This document shows positions 1 to 12,725 of a DNA stretch of 64,000 nucleotides, in pieces (the first letter of the stretch is position 1; the number at the start of each line of letters is the position of its first letter). This stretch comes from Mobula hypostoma (Eukaryota), in assembly GCF_963921235.1 (NCBI RefSeq), contig NC_086097.1:202742001-202806000 (forward strand), written 5' to 3'. The position numbers and the translations under genes were made by a program. Under the pieces are notes generated by a model that ran no database searches, was not told where the DNA came from, and was given only the letters and a program-made list of their open reading frames with translations.

Positions 1-180
1 AGGATCCAGAATGAGGAATGGAAAGAGAGAGAAGGGAGAGTGGAAGAAATTACCAGAAGTTTTAGAAATCCATGTTCATGCCATCAAATTGGAGGCTACC
101 CAGACAGAGTATGAGGAGGGGCTCCTTCAACTTGAGAGCAGCTTCATCATTACTGTAGAGGAGGCAATGGACTGATAAAG
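1..180 (-). mobile_element. Penelope-like element fragment (GIY-YIG C-terminus), split by the CR1 at 187
   Basis: Similar to 39915-40030 (tgttcatgcca..ttggaggctacccagac). It continues at ~3525-3710. Confidence 0.7.
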
Positions 181-186
181 GAGCTA

Positions 187-3100
187 TAGAACATAGAGCA
201 TAGAATAGTACGGCACAGTACAGGCCCTTCGGCCCACACTGTTGTGCCGACCCTCAAACCCTGCCTCCCATATAATGCCTCACCTTAAATTCCTCCATAT
301 ACCTGTCTAGCAGTCTCTTAAACTTCACTAGTGTATCTGCCTCCACCACTGACTCAGGCAGTGCATTCCATGCACGAACCACTCTCTGAGTAAAAAAACC
401 TTCCTCTAATATCCCCCTTGAATTTCCCACCCTTTATCTTAAAGCCATGTCCTCTTGTATTGAGCAGTGGTGCCCTGGGGAAGAGGTGCTGGCTAGCCAC
501 TCTATCTATTCCTCTTAATATCTTGTACGCCTCTATCATGACTCCTCTCATCCTCCTTCTCTCCGAAGAGTAAAGCCCTAGCTCCCTTAATCTCTGATCA
601 TAATCCATACTCTAAACCAGGCAGCATCCTGGTAGATCTCCTCTGTACCCTTTCCAATGCTTCCACATCCTTCCTATAGTGAGGCGACCAGAACTGGACA
701 AGTACTCCAAGTGTGGCCTAACTAGAGTTTTATAGAGCTGCATCATTACCTCGCGATCTTAAACTCTATCCCTCGACTTATGAAAGCTAACACCCCATAA
801 GCTTTCTTAACTACCCTATCTACCTGTGAGGCAACTTTCAGGGATCTGTGGACATGTACCCCCAGATCCCTCTGCTCCTCCACACTACCAAGAATCCTGC
901 CATTTACTTTGTACTCTACGTTGGAATTTGTCCTTCCAAAGTGTACCACCTCATACTTCTCTAGGTTGAACTCCATCTGCCACTTCTCAGCCCACTTCTG
1001 CATCCTATCAAGGTCTCTCTGCAATCTTCGACAATCCTCAACACCATCTACAACACCACCAACCTTTGTGTCGTCTGCAAACTTGCCAACCCACCCTTCT
1101 ACCCCCACATCCAGGTCGTTAATAAAAATCACGAAAAGTAGAGGAACCAGAACGGATCCTTGTGGGACACCACTAGTCACAATCCTCCAATCTGAATGTA
1201 CTCCCTCCACCACCATCCTCTGCCTTCTGCAGGCAAGCCAATTCTGAATCCACCTGGCCGAACTTCCCTGGATCCCATGCTTTCTAACTTTCTGAATAAG
1301 CCTACCATGTGGAACCTTGTCAAATGCCTTACTAAAATCCATATAGATCACATCCACTGCACTACCCTCATCTATATGTCTGGTCACCTCCTCAAAGAAC
1401 TCTATCAGGCTTGTTAGACACGATCTGCCCTTCACAAAGCCATGCTGACTGTCCCTGAACAGACCATGATTCCTCTAAATGCTCATAGATCCTATCTCTA
1501 AGAATCTTTTCCAGCAGCTTTCCCACCACAGACATAAGGCTCACTGGTGTATAATTACCCGGACTATCCCTACTAACTTTTTTGAACAAGGGGACAACAT
1601 TCGCCTCCTTCCAATCCTCGGGTAGCATTCCCGTGGACAACAAGGACATAAAGATCCTAGCCAGAGGCTCAGCAATCTCTTCCCTCACCTCGTGGAGCAG
1701 CCTGGGGAATATTTCGTCAGGCCCCGGGGACTTATCTGTCCTAATGTATTTTAACAACTCCAACACCTCCTCTCCCTTAATATCAACATGCTCCAGAATA
1801 TCAACCTCACTCACATTGTCCTTACTGTCATCAAGTTCCCTCTCATTGGTGAATACCGAAGAGAAGTATTCATTGAGGACCTCGCTCACTTCCACAGCCT
1901 CCAGCCACATCTTCCCACCTTTATCTCTAATCGGTCCTACCTTCACTCCTGTCATCCTTTTGTTCTTCACGTAATTGAAGAATGCCTTGGGGTTTTCCTT
2001 TACCCTACTCGCCAAGACCTTCTCATGCCCCCTTGCTCTTCTCAGCCCCTTCTTAAGCTCCTTTCTTGCTTCCCTATATTCCTCAATAGACCCATCTGAT
2101 CCTTGCTTCCTAAACCTCATGTATGCTGCCTTCTTCCACCTGACTAGATTTTCCACCTCACTTGTCACCCATGCTTCCTTCACCCTACCATTCTTTATCT
2201 TCCTCATCGGGACAAGTTTATCCCTAACATCCTGCAGAAGATCCTTAAGCGTCAACCACATGTCCATAGTACATTTCCCTGCAAAAACATCATCCCAATT
2301 CACACCCACAAGTTCTAGCCTTATAGCCTCATAATTTGCCCTTCCCCAATTAAAAATTTTCTTGTCCTCTCTGATTCTATCCTTTTCCATGTTAATGCTA
2401 AAGGCCAGGGAGCAGTGGTCACTGTCCCCCAGATGCTCACCCACTGAGAAATCTGTGACCTGACCCGGTTCATTACGTAGTACTAGATCTAGTATGGCAT
2501 TCCCCCTAGTCGGCCTGTCAACATACTATGGCAGGAATCCGTCCTGGACACACTTAACAAACTCTGCCCCATCCAAACCCTTGGAATTAATCAGGTGCCA
2601 ATCAATATTAGGGAAGTTAAAGTCACCCATGATAACAACCCTGTTATTTTTGCACCTTTCCAAAATCTGCCTCCCGATCTGCTCCTTGGTATCTCTGCTG
2701 CTACCAGGGGTCCTATGGAATACTCCCAATAGAGTAACTGCTCCCTTCCTGTTCCTGATTTCCACCCATACTGACTCAAAAGAGGATCCTGCTACATTAC
2801 CCACCCTTTCTGTAGCTGTAATAGTATCCCTGACCACTAATGTCACCCCTCCTCCCCTTCCTATCTCTCTTAAAGCACTGAAATCCAGGAATGTTGAGAA
2901 TCCATTCCTGCCCTGGTGCCAGCCAAACCTCTGTAATGGCCACTATATCATAATTCCGTTTATGTATCCAAGCTCTCAGTTCATCACCTTTGTTCCTGAT
3001 GCTTCTTGCGTTGAAGTACACACACTTCAGCCCTTCTACCTTACTACCTTTACACCTTTTCTGCTTCTCTTTCCTGCTTCTCTTTCCTCATAGCCCCTCT

Positions 3101-3521
3101 ATATGTTAGGTCTGGCTTTACTCCATGCACTTCTTTCACTGCTCTATCGCTCTGGGTCCCATCCCCCTTGCAAATTAGTTTAAACCCTCCCGAACCATGC
3201 TAGCAAACCTACCTGCAAGGATATTACTCCCCCTTGAGTTCAGGTGCGACCCATCCAATCTGTACTGGTCCCACTTTCCCCAGAAGAGATCCCAATGATC
3301 CAAAAATCTAAAACCCTGCTCCCTGCACCAACTCCTCAGCCACGCATTCAGCTGCCATCACTTCCAATTCTTACCATCACTATCACGTAGCACTGGCAGC
3401 AATCCTGAGAACGCCACCCTTGAGGTCCTGTTCTTCAGCCTTCTGCCTAGTTCCCGAAACTCACACTTCAGGACCTCATCCTTCTTCCTGCCTATGTCAT
3501 TGGTGCCAACATGTATGCCAA
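187..3521 (-). mobile_element. CR1 LINE, 5'-truncated within ORF1
   Basis: (TTCTATG)n-like 3' tail at 187-207. Frameshifted ORF2 with RT motifs (DFSKAFDKV, GVPQGSVL, FADD) and APE motifs (FNARSI, GDFN, SDH). ORF1 esterase motif HVGTND near 3500. Confidence 0.95.
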
Positions 3522-3524
3522 CAG

Positions 3525-4165
3525 CTACGGAGAAAACAAAGGTGTTGTCAATGATGGAGTGGAATGGGAAGTTGAATTGAAATGGGTGGCCACTGGGAAA
3601 TCCCACCTTTTGTAGCAGACGGATCAAAGGTGCTTGCCAAAGCGGTTCTCCTTTCTATGTAGGGTCTCACCGATGGAGAAGAAAGGGCATTGGGGGCACT
3701 GGATGTCAGTGGATCCCTGTAGCCTCTTATTTCGATTTAACTTCCTATTTCCCAGTGACCACCCATTTCAACTCCACTTCTCATTCACTTCTCCCTTTTT
3801 CCCATTCCTCATTCTGGTTCCCCTCTTACACCTTCTCTTCTCACTTGCCTATCCCCTCCTCCTTCCTTTCCCCTGTGATCCATTGTCCTCTGTTATCAGA
3901 TTCCTCTTCATCAGCCCTTTACCTCTTTCACCTATCACCTCCAACTTTCCCTGTTACCTGGCTTCACTTATCACCTACACATTGTACTACTTTTGCTTCC
4001 CTCCCACCTTATTTTGGCTTTCCCTCTTCCTTTCCAGTCCTGATGAAGGGTCTTGGCCTGAAACATCAACTATTTATTCCTCTTCATAGGTGCTATCTAA
4101 CCTCATGAGTTCCTCCACCATTTTGTTCTCTGGATTATTTTCCATCATCTGCAGAATCTCTTCTG
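3525..4165. mobile_element. Penelope-like remnant: minus-strand GIY-YIG piece followed by an inverted (plus) pseudo-LTR
   Basis: gtggccactggga motif shared with 40069-40082. Pyrimidine-rich pLTR ends in catctgcagaatct and carries a hammerhead motif at 4036-4071. Confidence 0.75.
4036..4071 (+). ncRNA. Minimal type I hammerhead ribozyme motif (decayed) in a Penelope pLTR
   Basis: AGTC-CTGATGA-AGGGTCTTGGCCT-GAAAC-ATC-AACT. Confidence 0.65.
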
Positions 4166-4845
4166 TTTAAGGGTAATAATATGCAGTAGTTTTCTGCCTG
4201 TTTTTACTTGTGTATAACCATTTTAAATGTCATTTCACCACTGTTTTGTTGAGATGTGTCTGTGATAATAAAAACAGAAAATGCTGTAAATATTCATCTT
4301 GAAAGCTGTTATCTGTGGAGAGGCAAAATGTTTATGTTTCTCGTGGCTGGTTTTACTTCATAACTGGGAACATTTAGAAAACAGGCATGTTTAAGCTTGT
4401 AAAGAAGGAGGAGCTATGTAGAAAACAGAGGAGTTGTCAGTGATGGAGTGGAAAGCAAATAAAAAGGATGACAGATTGATTAAGAGAGGGAGCTGAAGGT
4501 TTGTTAATGGAGTTGATCTGTGGGAGATTAGAGAGATGTGATGAAGAAGTACCTACTGGAGCTATGAGATGCAGAGCACGTGTTGCTAGAACTCTTCACT
4601 TTTTAAAGTTTAAGATCCCAATTCTGAAAATAGACCAATTAACCTGAATCGTTAACTCTTGGTTTTCCTCTCTGAAGAAGCTGTCCAAACGACTGTGTAG
4701 ATGAAATTAGATTAGCTTTATTAATCACATGTATATTGAAACATATAGTGAAATTAATTGCTTGATCACCCCAATCCTAGCTATCTGGCACCTCCAGCAT
4801 TGTGATGTCTAATATCTTCTGTTTAAATTCAGCATTTCCAATTCT

Positions 4846-5766
4846 TTTTAAATCTTTTTATTAATTTTCCAAAATTATAAACAGAATAACAATATTGGTA
4901 CTAAGAGATTGGAATTATCTTATTGTTGATAAACATGTAGAAAAAAGACTTCAAGTAATACAGGTGTAATAGACTTCCAAAGTCTTAGTATAGTTAATCA
5001 TAAAGAAAAAAGAAATAAAAAGGGAAGAATAATGCAAAGAAACCCCCCCCCAAAAAAAACAAAAAAAAACTAAATACTAAACCCAGAAAGAAAGCAAACG
5101 GAACAAAACAAGGCTGGACCAATATCTTAAATTGAAAATATTCAATAATATCGTCAACTCCACTCCTCTATTCATATATTTTAAGTTAATAAGAAGGATT
5201 CGGAAAGGGTCGAGTTACATCATATGAAAATGTTGAATAAATAGCTTCCAAGTCTCTTCAAATTTAACCGAAGGATCAAAAATGTCACTTCTATTTTTTT
5301 CTAAATTTAAACGTGATATAGTTTGGGAATACCATTGAAATGTAGTAGGAGGGTTGGTCTCCTTCCAATTCAATAAAATGGATCTTCTGGCCATTGAAGT
5401 AACAAATGCGATCATCTGACAGGCTGAAGAGGATAAAGATCTATGTTCCTTCATTGGCAAACCAAAAATTGCCGTAATAGGATGGGGTTGTAAGTCAAGA
5501 TGCAAAACTGTTGAAATAATATCAAAAATACCTTTCCAGAATTTTTCCAAGAGAGGGCAGGACCAGAACATATGAGTCAGGGAAACCACCTCAGTGTGAC
5601 ATCTGTCACAAATAGAGTTTATATGGGAATAAAAACGAGCTAGTTTATCTTTAGACATATGGGCCGTATGCATTACCTTAAATTGTATTAATGTATGTTT
5701 AGCACATATAGAGGAAGAGCTAACTAATTGAAAAAAATTATCCCATTTCTCTATAGGTAGGCGAAG
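4846..5766 (-). mobile_element. 5'-truncated L1 (ORF2 C-terminus plus 3'UTR)
   Basis: ORF 5215-5673 is closely similar to the C-terminus of the L1 ORF2 at 58906-60285 (CDRC..HMFWSCP). 15-bp TSD agcatttccaattct at 4831-4845 and 5767-5781. Confidence 0.93.
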
Positions 5767-6010
5767 AGCATTTCCAATTCTGTAGTTTTTTTTTTGCTTG
5801 TTCTTTTCAGGATATCAGCTATGTCAGTCCCAAACTAAGGCTTAGATCCCATGAAGTGATTTGAAGTGTATAATCTATATTGTTCATTCTGTTATCATTT
5901 AAAATTATAACAGTGCTGTGGTGTGTTACACTATTAGAATTTTGCTCAGGTGAGATGATAATCTGAGTGCCCGGTCTTTTCTCTTATCTGAATGCCAGAT
6001 TTGCACTATG

Positions 6011-6168
6011 AAGAATGGCGCCAAAACAAAAAAACATCCAGCAAGTGGCTGTTCTGTGAGCAAAAACATCTTGTTAAATCCACTCACTGGATGTTTTTTT
6101 GTTTTTGGCGCCATTCTTTGTAAACTCCAGAGTCTGTTGTGCGTAAAAATCCCAGGAGATCAGCAGTT
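6011..6168. mobile_element. Tc1-like DNA transposon remnant with local inversion (continues at 6506-6540)
   Basis: Shares taaactccagag..aaaatcccag..cagcagtttctgagat with 12483-12540. Inverted repeat 6011-6048 / 6080-6118. Confidence 0.65.
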
Positions 6169-6505
6169 AATAATACAAGATAATAATAAGAGGAATAGAT
6201 AGAGTGGATAGCCAGCGCCTCTTCCCCAGGGCACCACTGCTCAATACAAGAGGACATGGCTTTAAGGTAAGGGGTGGGAAGTTCAAAGGGGATATTAGAG
6301 GAAGGTTTTTTACTCAGAGAGTGGTTGGTGCGTGGAATGCACTGCCTGAGTCAGTGGTGGAGGCAGATACACTAGTTTAAGAGACTACTAGACAGGTATA
6401 TGGAGGAATCTAAGGTGGAGGCTTATATGGGAGGCAGGGTTTGAGGGTCGGCACAATATTGTGGGCCGAAGGGCCTGTACTGTGCTGTACTATTCTATGT
6501 TCTAT
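6169..6505 (+). mobile_element. CR1 3' end, same family as 187-3521
   Basis: Near-identical to the reverse complement of 190-520. TTCTATG tail. Splits the Tc1 remnant at a gtt duplication. Confidence 0.92.
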
Positions 6506-7077
6506 GTTTCTGAGATACTCAAATCACCCTGGGCAGCACCTAATTATTTAGCTTGTTTATTTCGGCATTTTGTTTTTTCCACTACCAGGTAGAAAATGAG
6601 ATTCTGTTTCACTAGTTTGTGTGTAGCCTAACCCTGGCAGTGGAGGAGTCAGAAGACAGACAGGAATGTGTGGGAATGGGAGGGGAATTAAAGTAGCTTA
6701 AAACCAGGTGCTGCAGAAGGACATGGTTGACGTCCCTCAGGTGCTCAGCAATGTGATCCTCTCGACTGCTCTTTGTCTTGTTTTTATTGTAATTTTTTGG
6801 TTTTAATTGTTAGATTTGCTTATGCTTCAGATTTACTTTATGATTTCAGACCAAATCAGTTCATATTTAAGTTATAGGGAGAGGAAAGTATGTCAGATTC
6901 ACAGAGAGTTTGACTTGTCTCTATGCCAAGTGACTGCAAGAAGCATTGATCATCCAAGAACAGATAAACATCAATATGTTTAAAGCAGAATACAAGGCTA
7001 GGCAAAGAAGGTGGTAATGAACAACCCAAAAAGGGAGATTATAAGAATATTTCCCTTTTCTTTTTCTTGTATGATAG

Positions 7078-7297
7078 GTGGAAAAGGAGGTATTGTAATG
7101 GTGAAAATCTTGGAGTTACATGAAGAATGCTCAACGTTTGTAGCATTCTGTCAGCCGTTGATTGACATCTCCACTCAGCAAGCTATTGAAAATGATGACC
7201 ATGGCAACGAAACCCGGCTTAATGTTTTATTCACAAGAGAAACAGCATCCCACCTCAGAATTGGTGCAGGAGATATTGTTCATATTTATCCACCTTG
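7078..7297 (+). CDS. SPIDR: Internal coding exon of SPIDR (scaffold protein involved in DNA repair, KIAA0146)
   Basis: Polypyrimidine tract plus AG (tttcccttttctttttcttgtatgatag, ends 7077) and a TG|GTGAGT donor at 7297/7298 bound 220 bp, phase 1 in and phase 2 out. The translation GKGGIVMVKILELHEECSTFVAFCQ...LNVLFTRETASHLRIGAGDIVHIYPPW matches the ILELHEEC / VLFTxET / IxPPW motifs I recognise from vertebrate SPIDR. Confidence 0.9.
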
Positions 7298-7724
7298 GTG
7301 AGTTTCATATAATCTTCCATTAATAAAGATTTGTTAAATTGTCCCCTGAATACAATTTTAAAAAGTCAAATAATAACACTTGGATCAGAGAAGCATTTCA
7401 CTGATATCCCATTTACCCCTTTGGAGTTCTGATTCATGATTGTGTTCTTGATCCTGAATTAGAACCTTCTTACAGGTAAGTACCTTCACTGTGCTTTACA
7501 ACGAAATCCATTTGGGCTGTGTGCTGCTGTGCCAGAAAACCCTTGTTGTCCACAACATTGAAAAGCTATCTCATCATTGTTCAACAATGAACCAATGAAA
7601 TAATGTGTGGAGGCTGCCTGTGAGGACTGCTGCTGAATAGCCTGAGGTAAGCCATGCAGCAGAGCGCAGGCTTCACCCAAGCCAGCGTGGTCAGTGCAGG
7701 CCGTTGTGGGATTTTTTTAGGGGT

Positions 7725-8922
7725 ACAAAAACAAGAAAATGGAAACAGGAGTAGGTCACCAGGTCTCTCAAGCCCGCCCCAGCATTCACTAGGGCAGCTC
7801 TCTTAATCAGGAATTAGTTTGATGAATCTCCTTCAGATTACCTCCAATGCTACTAGATCTTTAGTATATGGTGTCCAGACTGTACATTGTATTCCAGGTG
7901 TGGCCTCATCAAAACCTTGTACAATGGTATCAGAACCTCTCTATGGTTAAGTTCCTGCTTCTTCACTATAAAAGCCAGTATGCAGTTTGCCTTCTTAAAT
8001 ACTTGTTGAACCTGCCTGTTAACATTTGGGATTTATGCATGAGGACATGCAGATCCCTCAGTATTTCACTCATTTGCAGTTGCTATCCTTTCAGCTAATA
8101 ATTCACCTTTAGTTTGCTCTTAGCAAACTACATGATCTCATATAAGAATGTAAGAAATAGGAGCAGGAGTAGGCCATCCGGCCCATTGAGCCTGCTCTGC
8201 CGTTCAATAAGATCTGTCCGTAAACTCAGCTCCATCTACCTGCCTTTTCCCCATAGCCCTTAATTCCCCTACTATGTAAAAATCTATCTCACTGTATCTT
8301 AAATATATTTAGTGAAGAAGCCTCAACTGCTTCCCTGGGCAGAGAATTCCACAGATTCACCACTCTCTGGGAAAAACAGTTTCTCCTCATCTCAGTCCTA
8401 AATCTTCTCCCCTGAATCTTGAGGCAATGTCCCCACATATATCCCCACATTAAACTCCATTTGCCAGGATTTCACCTTGTCATTCATTCTCTATATTCCA
8501 TAGCAGAATCACAAATGTCCTTATGACAATATATCCTTCCATATATTTTTCTATCATTGGCAAACTTGGAAACTTTGCATTTCTTTCCCTCCATTGGGAC
8601 ATTAATGTAAATAGTAAAAAAAACTCAGGTCCAAGAACAGATCCTGTGGCCCTCCACTAATTACATCCCTCCAGCCTGAAAAACAACCATTTAATCCAAC
8701 TCTTCGTTTTCTACGTGTTGTCCCGTTTTCAGTCCATGCTAACACACTTCCTTCAATACCTTGGACTCCTGATTTATCCACCTGTTCTTCTGTGACACCT
8801 TGTCAAATGCCATTTGGGAATCTAAATATAGTACTTTTATAGTTCCCTTCTATCAAGTCTCCCTGTCACATTGTTAAATTAAAGCAAATTTGTCAACAAC
8901 GATTTACCTTTCTTAAAATTAC
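7725..8922 (-). mobile_element. Old CR1 LINE (continues at 11919-~12130) containing a younger CR1 3' end at ~8140-8435
   Basis: Degenerate RT-region sequence (ccttgtcaaatgcc, ttggcaaactt). Tail ataagaatgtaagaaataggagcaggagtaggcc at 8142. Confidence 0.7.
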
Positions 8923-8934
8923 ATTGACCAGTTT

Positions 8935-11906
8935 GGCGCCAGACCAAGTGATCCAGTGGGTGGTAAAAGGATAAACCCTCAGCCCACTGGAGATCATGAA
9001 AATTGTTAGCCACAACACCGAAGGCTTCAGCCACAGTAAAGCAGAAATCCTGGTAAACTTAAAACCGGACATCTTGTGCATACAAGAAACTCATAGGCTG
9101 AACAACCAACCCTATGTGCCAGGAATGCACTTGGCTGTTGACACCCCTAGCCAAACTTATGGAAGTGCAATTTTTGTTAAAGATAAATCTATAGTAATGA
9201 GCACAGCAAACATCCAAGCTGGCTCAATGGAACTTCTGAAAGTTAAAACAAAACACATAAATATCATCTCGGTCTACAAACCCCCTAATGAACCATTCAT
9301 GTGGCCACCTAACCTAGATCTTCAGGACAAAATGTACCTCATTATTGGTGACTTTAATAGCCATAGCTCCAACTGGGGATATGAAGATGACGCTGCAAAT
9401 GGAGGAGAAGTTGTATCGTGGGCTCTAAGCAACAGCCTTGAGCTACTATACGAGTCAAAGGACACCCCTACAAGTGCCAGATGGAGAAAAGGATACAACC
9501 CAGACCTTGCCTTTGTTACCTCGGCAAGCTCCAACCTCTTCACATGAACAGTCCTCCAACATATACCCAAATCCCAACACTGTCCAGTCCAGGTAGAATC
9601 CCTTCCAGTTCTGAGACCTGTACCTTCAAAGTACCTACCAAGATTTAACCTGAGAAAAGCAAATTGGACATCTTTCGCAGAATCCTTTGATCAACTTATC
9701 GATACCATACCACCAGAACCTGATCGTTATGATGAATTTGTCCGACTAATCTGGAAAGTAGTGCAGCAGAACATACCTAGAGGCTGCAGAACCAAATATA
9801 TTCAGGGATTGACTAGTGATATCAAGCAAAGTAATGATGAGTATGTCAACTTATATGACCAAGACCCGTTTGGTCAAGACACAATTGAAATGGGAAAGTC
9901 AGTTCTGTCCCTACTGAGCCAAGAGGGACAACAGCGTTGGCAGGAATTGATAGAAAACACTGACATGACCAAGAACAGTAAGAAGGCATGGGCAACTGTT
10001 CGGAAACTCAACTCAGACAATAGACCACCACGGAGAATTGCTGCTGTAACACCCAATCAGGTTGCCCACCAACTAACACTAAATTGTTGACCAAATAACA
10101 AGGAACGGAGGCAAAAGAAAAAGCAACATCCGGAGATGGAGTCAGCTCTCTCAAACGAGAATAACAACTTCCCACCTCTCACCCTAGAGGAATTAAAGGA
10201 TGAAGTATCACAGCTAAAATCCAATAAAGCTGCTGGCATAGATGGGATTCTTAATGAATTGCTTAAACATCTTGGACCTAAAGCACTCCACTGGCTTCTG
10301 TCCCTTTTTAACTTTTGCCTAAGAACATTAAAAATACCTAAAAAGTGGAGAAGAGCCAAAGTTGTTGCTCTCCTAAAACCCAATAAAGACCCCAACATTC
10401 CTAAAAATTACAGACCGATTTCCTTGCTCTGCACCCTCTATAAACTGTACGAGAGACTCATACTGAAAAGAATATCCCCCATAGTCGAAGATTGTCTAAC
10501 ACCAGACCAAGCCGGGTTCAGGCCAGGCGCTCTTGCAGTGGTCAAGTCTTGAATTTAACCCAGTATATTGAGGATGGCTTTGAAATGTGACAAATTACAG
10601 GGGCAGTATTCGTTGACTTAACAGCAGCATACAACACTGAATCACAGAGGCCTTCTGCTGAAATTACCTAAAATGTTAAAAAATGAAACCACAGTCAAAG
10701 TATTAAGAAGCCTCCTGGAAAATCGTAGATTTTATGTAGAAATGAATGGAATTAAGAGTAGGTGGCATCCACAAAAGGACAGATTACTACAGGGATCAGT
10801 CCTGGCACCTTTACTATTTAATGTTTACACAAACGACCAACCAACTTTTACTAACACATGCAGGTTTATCTATGCAGACGACCTATTCATAGCAACACAA
10901 GCCAACTCCTTACAAGAAGTTGAAGTACGACTTTTAGCAGTCCTCGAAGCAATGAAGCAGTATTATGAAAAATGGTCTCTGAACCCAAATCCATCAAAAA
11001 CTCAAGTGTGTGCATTCCACCTGAAGAATCGAGAAGCAGCTCAGAAACTCAAGATCTTCTGGTGTGTGAAGGAGCCCGAACACCATCCGACTCCAATTTA
11101 CCTGGGCATGACACTGGATAGGACGCTCTCATTTGCCACCCACATCCAAAAACTCCGAGGGAAAGTTGGCTCTCGCAATTCTCTCTTGAAAAAATTAGCA
11201 GGCACGAAATGGGGAGCTAATGCTCACACACTTAGATCAACTGCCCTAGCACTCTGCTATGCACCTGCCGAATACTGTGCACCCGTGTGGGGCAGATCAG
11301 CCCATGTGAAGAAAATAGACCCGTTGCTTAACGAAGCCTGCCGAATAATCACGGGCACACTGCGCCCCACACCCACTAACGTTATTTACAGACTTGCAGG
11401 CATTGCTCCCCCAGGGATCCGAAGACACACTACAACAAAAATTGAAAAAGGTAAACAGAACTCGGATCCATGGCACCCACTACATCATCATGTGCCAGTT
11501 TCCAAACGCCTAAAATCGAGGAAAAGCTTTGCTACAGTGGAGGAACTACCGCACGCAACATCCTCCCAAACATACAGGATTGACCTCTGGCAACAAACAG
11601 AAGCCAGAACCCCTTCAAACAATACAGTGCAAGACCCCACAGAAATGTTGCCAGACAGGGCACTGCTTGACAGATGGAAGTGGTGCACTCTCAACAGAGT
11701 GAGAGCGGGAGTTTGTAGGATGGGAGACAATATGGTGAAGTGGGGTTAAAGACCAGCGAATCCTGTGAGTGTGGCGAAAGGATGCAGAACATTGAACACG
11801 TTCTGCGCAACTGCCCACTCTCACCTGATTTAGCTGACACTGACCTGCTCAACATCAACCAAACAACACTAGAGTGGCTGTCTGTCTGGTGTGACAAGCT
11901 ATGATG
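8935..11906 (+). mobile_element. Vingi/Ingi-group non-LTR retrotransposon, ~3 kb, apparently near full-length but inactivated
   Basis: 12-bp TSD attgaccagttt (8923-8934, 11907-11918). One APE-RT frame from ATG 8996 (IQETH, GDFNSH, QGSVLAP, YADD, WGANAHTLRSTALAL) with a C-terminal CECG..H..C zinc motif, broken by several stops and frameshifts. (TGA)n tail. No ORF1 or RNase H seen. Confidence 0.8.
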
Positions 11907-12309
11907 ATTGACCAGTTTTCATTATATTCAGCTTTTCTGGATTTGATTATTGACTCTAGCAACTTGCTAACAATAGGTGTTAAACTTATTCTCTGCCTTC
12001 TTTCTTCCACCTTCTTGAATGATGGAGTCACACTGGCTATTATCCAATCTTCTGGTCCCCTCCTGGAATTTAACAATTGGGCTACAGCCACCTTCTCCTT
12101 TAAAGCCCTGGTGTGCAGTACATCACATGCAACAGGAGCTGATGACAAGAGATCATGAGATCAGGAAGTGTGTCAGCTCATGACCTGCATTCAACATTCT
12201 GAGCCCATGTGCAGCCCTTAGTCATGAATCTTAGCACTGAGCAGCCACTGCTCACCCTGTCCTACCTAACTCAGATTTGCACAGGCAGTCTCTGCAAATT
12301 GACCCAATT

Positions 12310-12725
12310 CAAGTTTTGATATGTTATGCATTCAGAAGTGTGTAGTTATTTGAGTTACTGTTGCCTTCTTGTCAGCTTGAACCAGTCTTGTCATTCTCCT
12401 CTGACCTCTCTCATCAGCAAGGTGCTTTTGCCCTGAGGACTGCTCCTTACTGGATATCTTTTGTTTTTCACATCATTCTCTGTAAACTCCAGAGACTGTT
12501 TTCAAAATCCCAGAACATCAGCAGTTTCTGAGATGCTCAAGCAATCTCATCTGGCACCAGGAATCTTTCACTGTCAAAGTCACTTTGATCATATTTCTTC
12601 CCTATACTAATGTTTGGTGTGAATAATAACTGACTCTCTTGACCATGTCTGCATGCTTTTATGTATTGTCTTGATGCCATATGATTGGCTGATTAGATAC
12701 TTGCATTAACAATCAGGTTTACAGT
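12310..12725 (-). mobile_element. Tc1-like transposon remnant
   Basis: Homologous to 6030-6168. Terminal region atgattggctgattagata..ttgcattaac..cagg is typical of fish Tc1 derivatives. Confidence 0.65.

Noticed and set aside
909..2334. Numerous plus-strand ORFs over CR1
   Set aside because: These are antisense shadows of LINE ORF2 with no independent coding signal. The same applies to most ORFs in the track.
8935..8995. HDV-like ribozyme or 2A peptide at the Vingi 5' end
   Set aside because: No complete P1/P2/P3 fold and no DxExNPGP motif.
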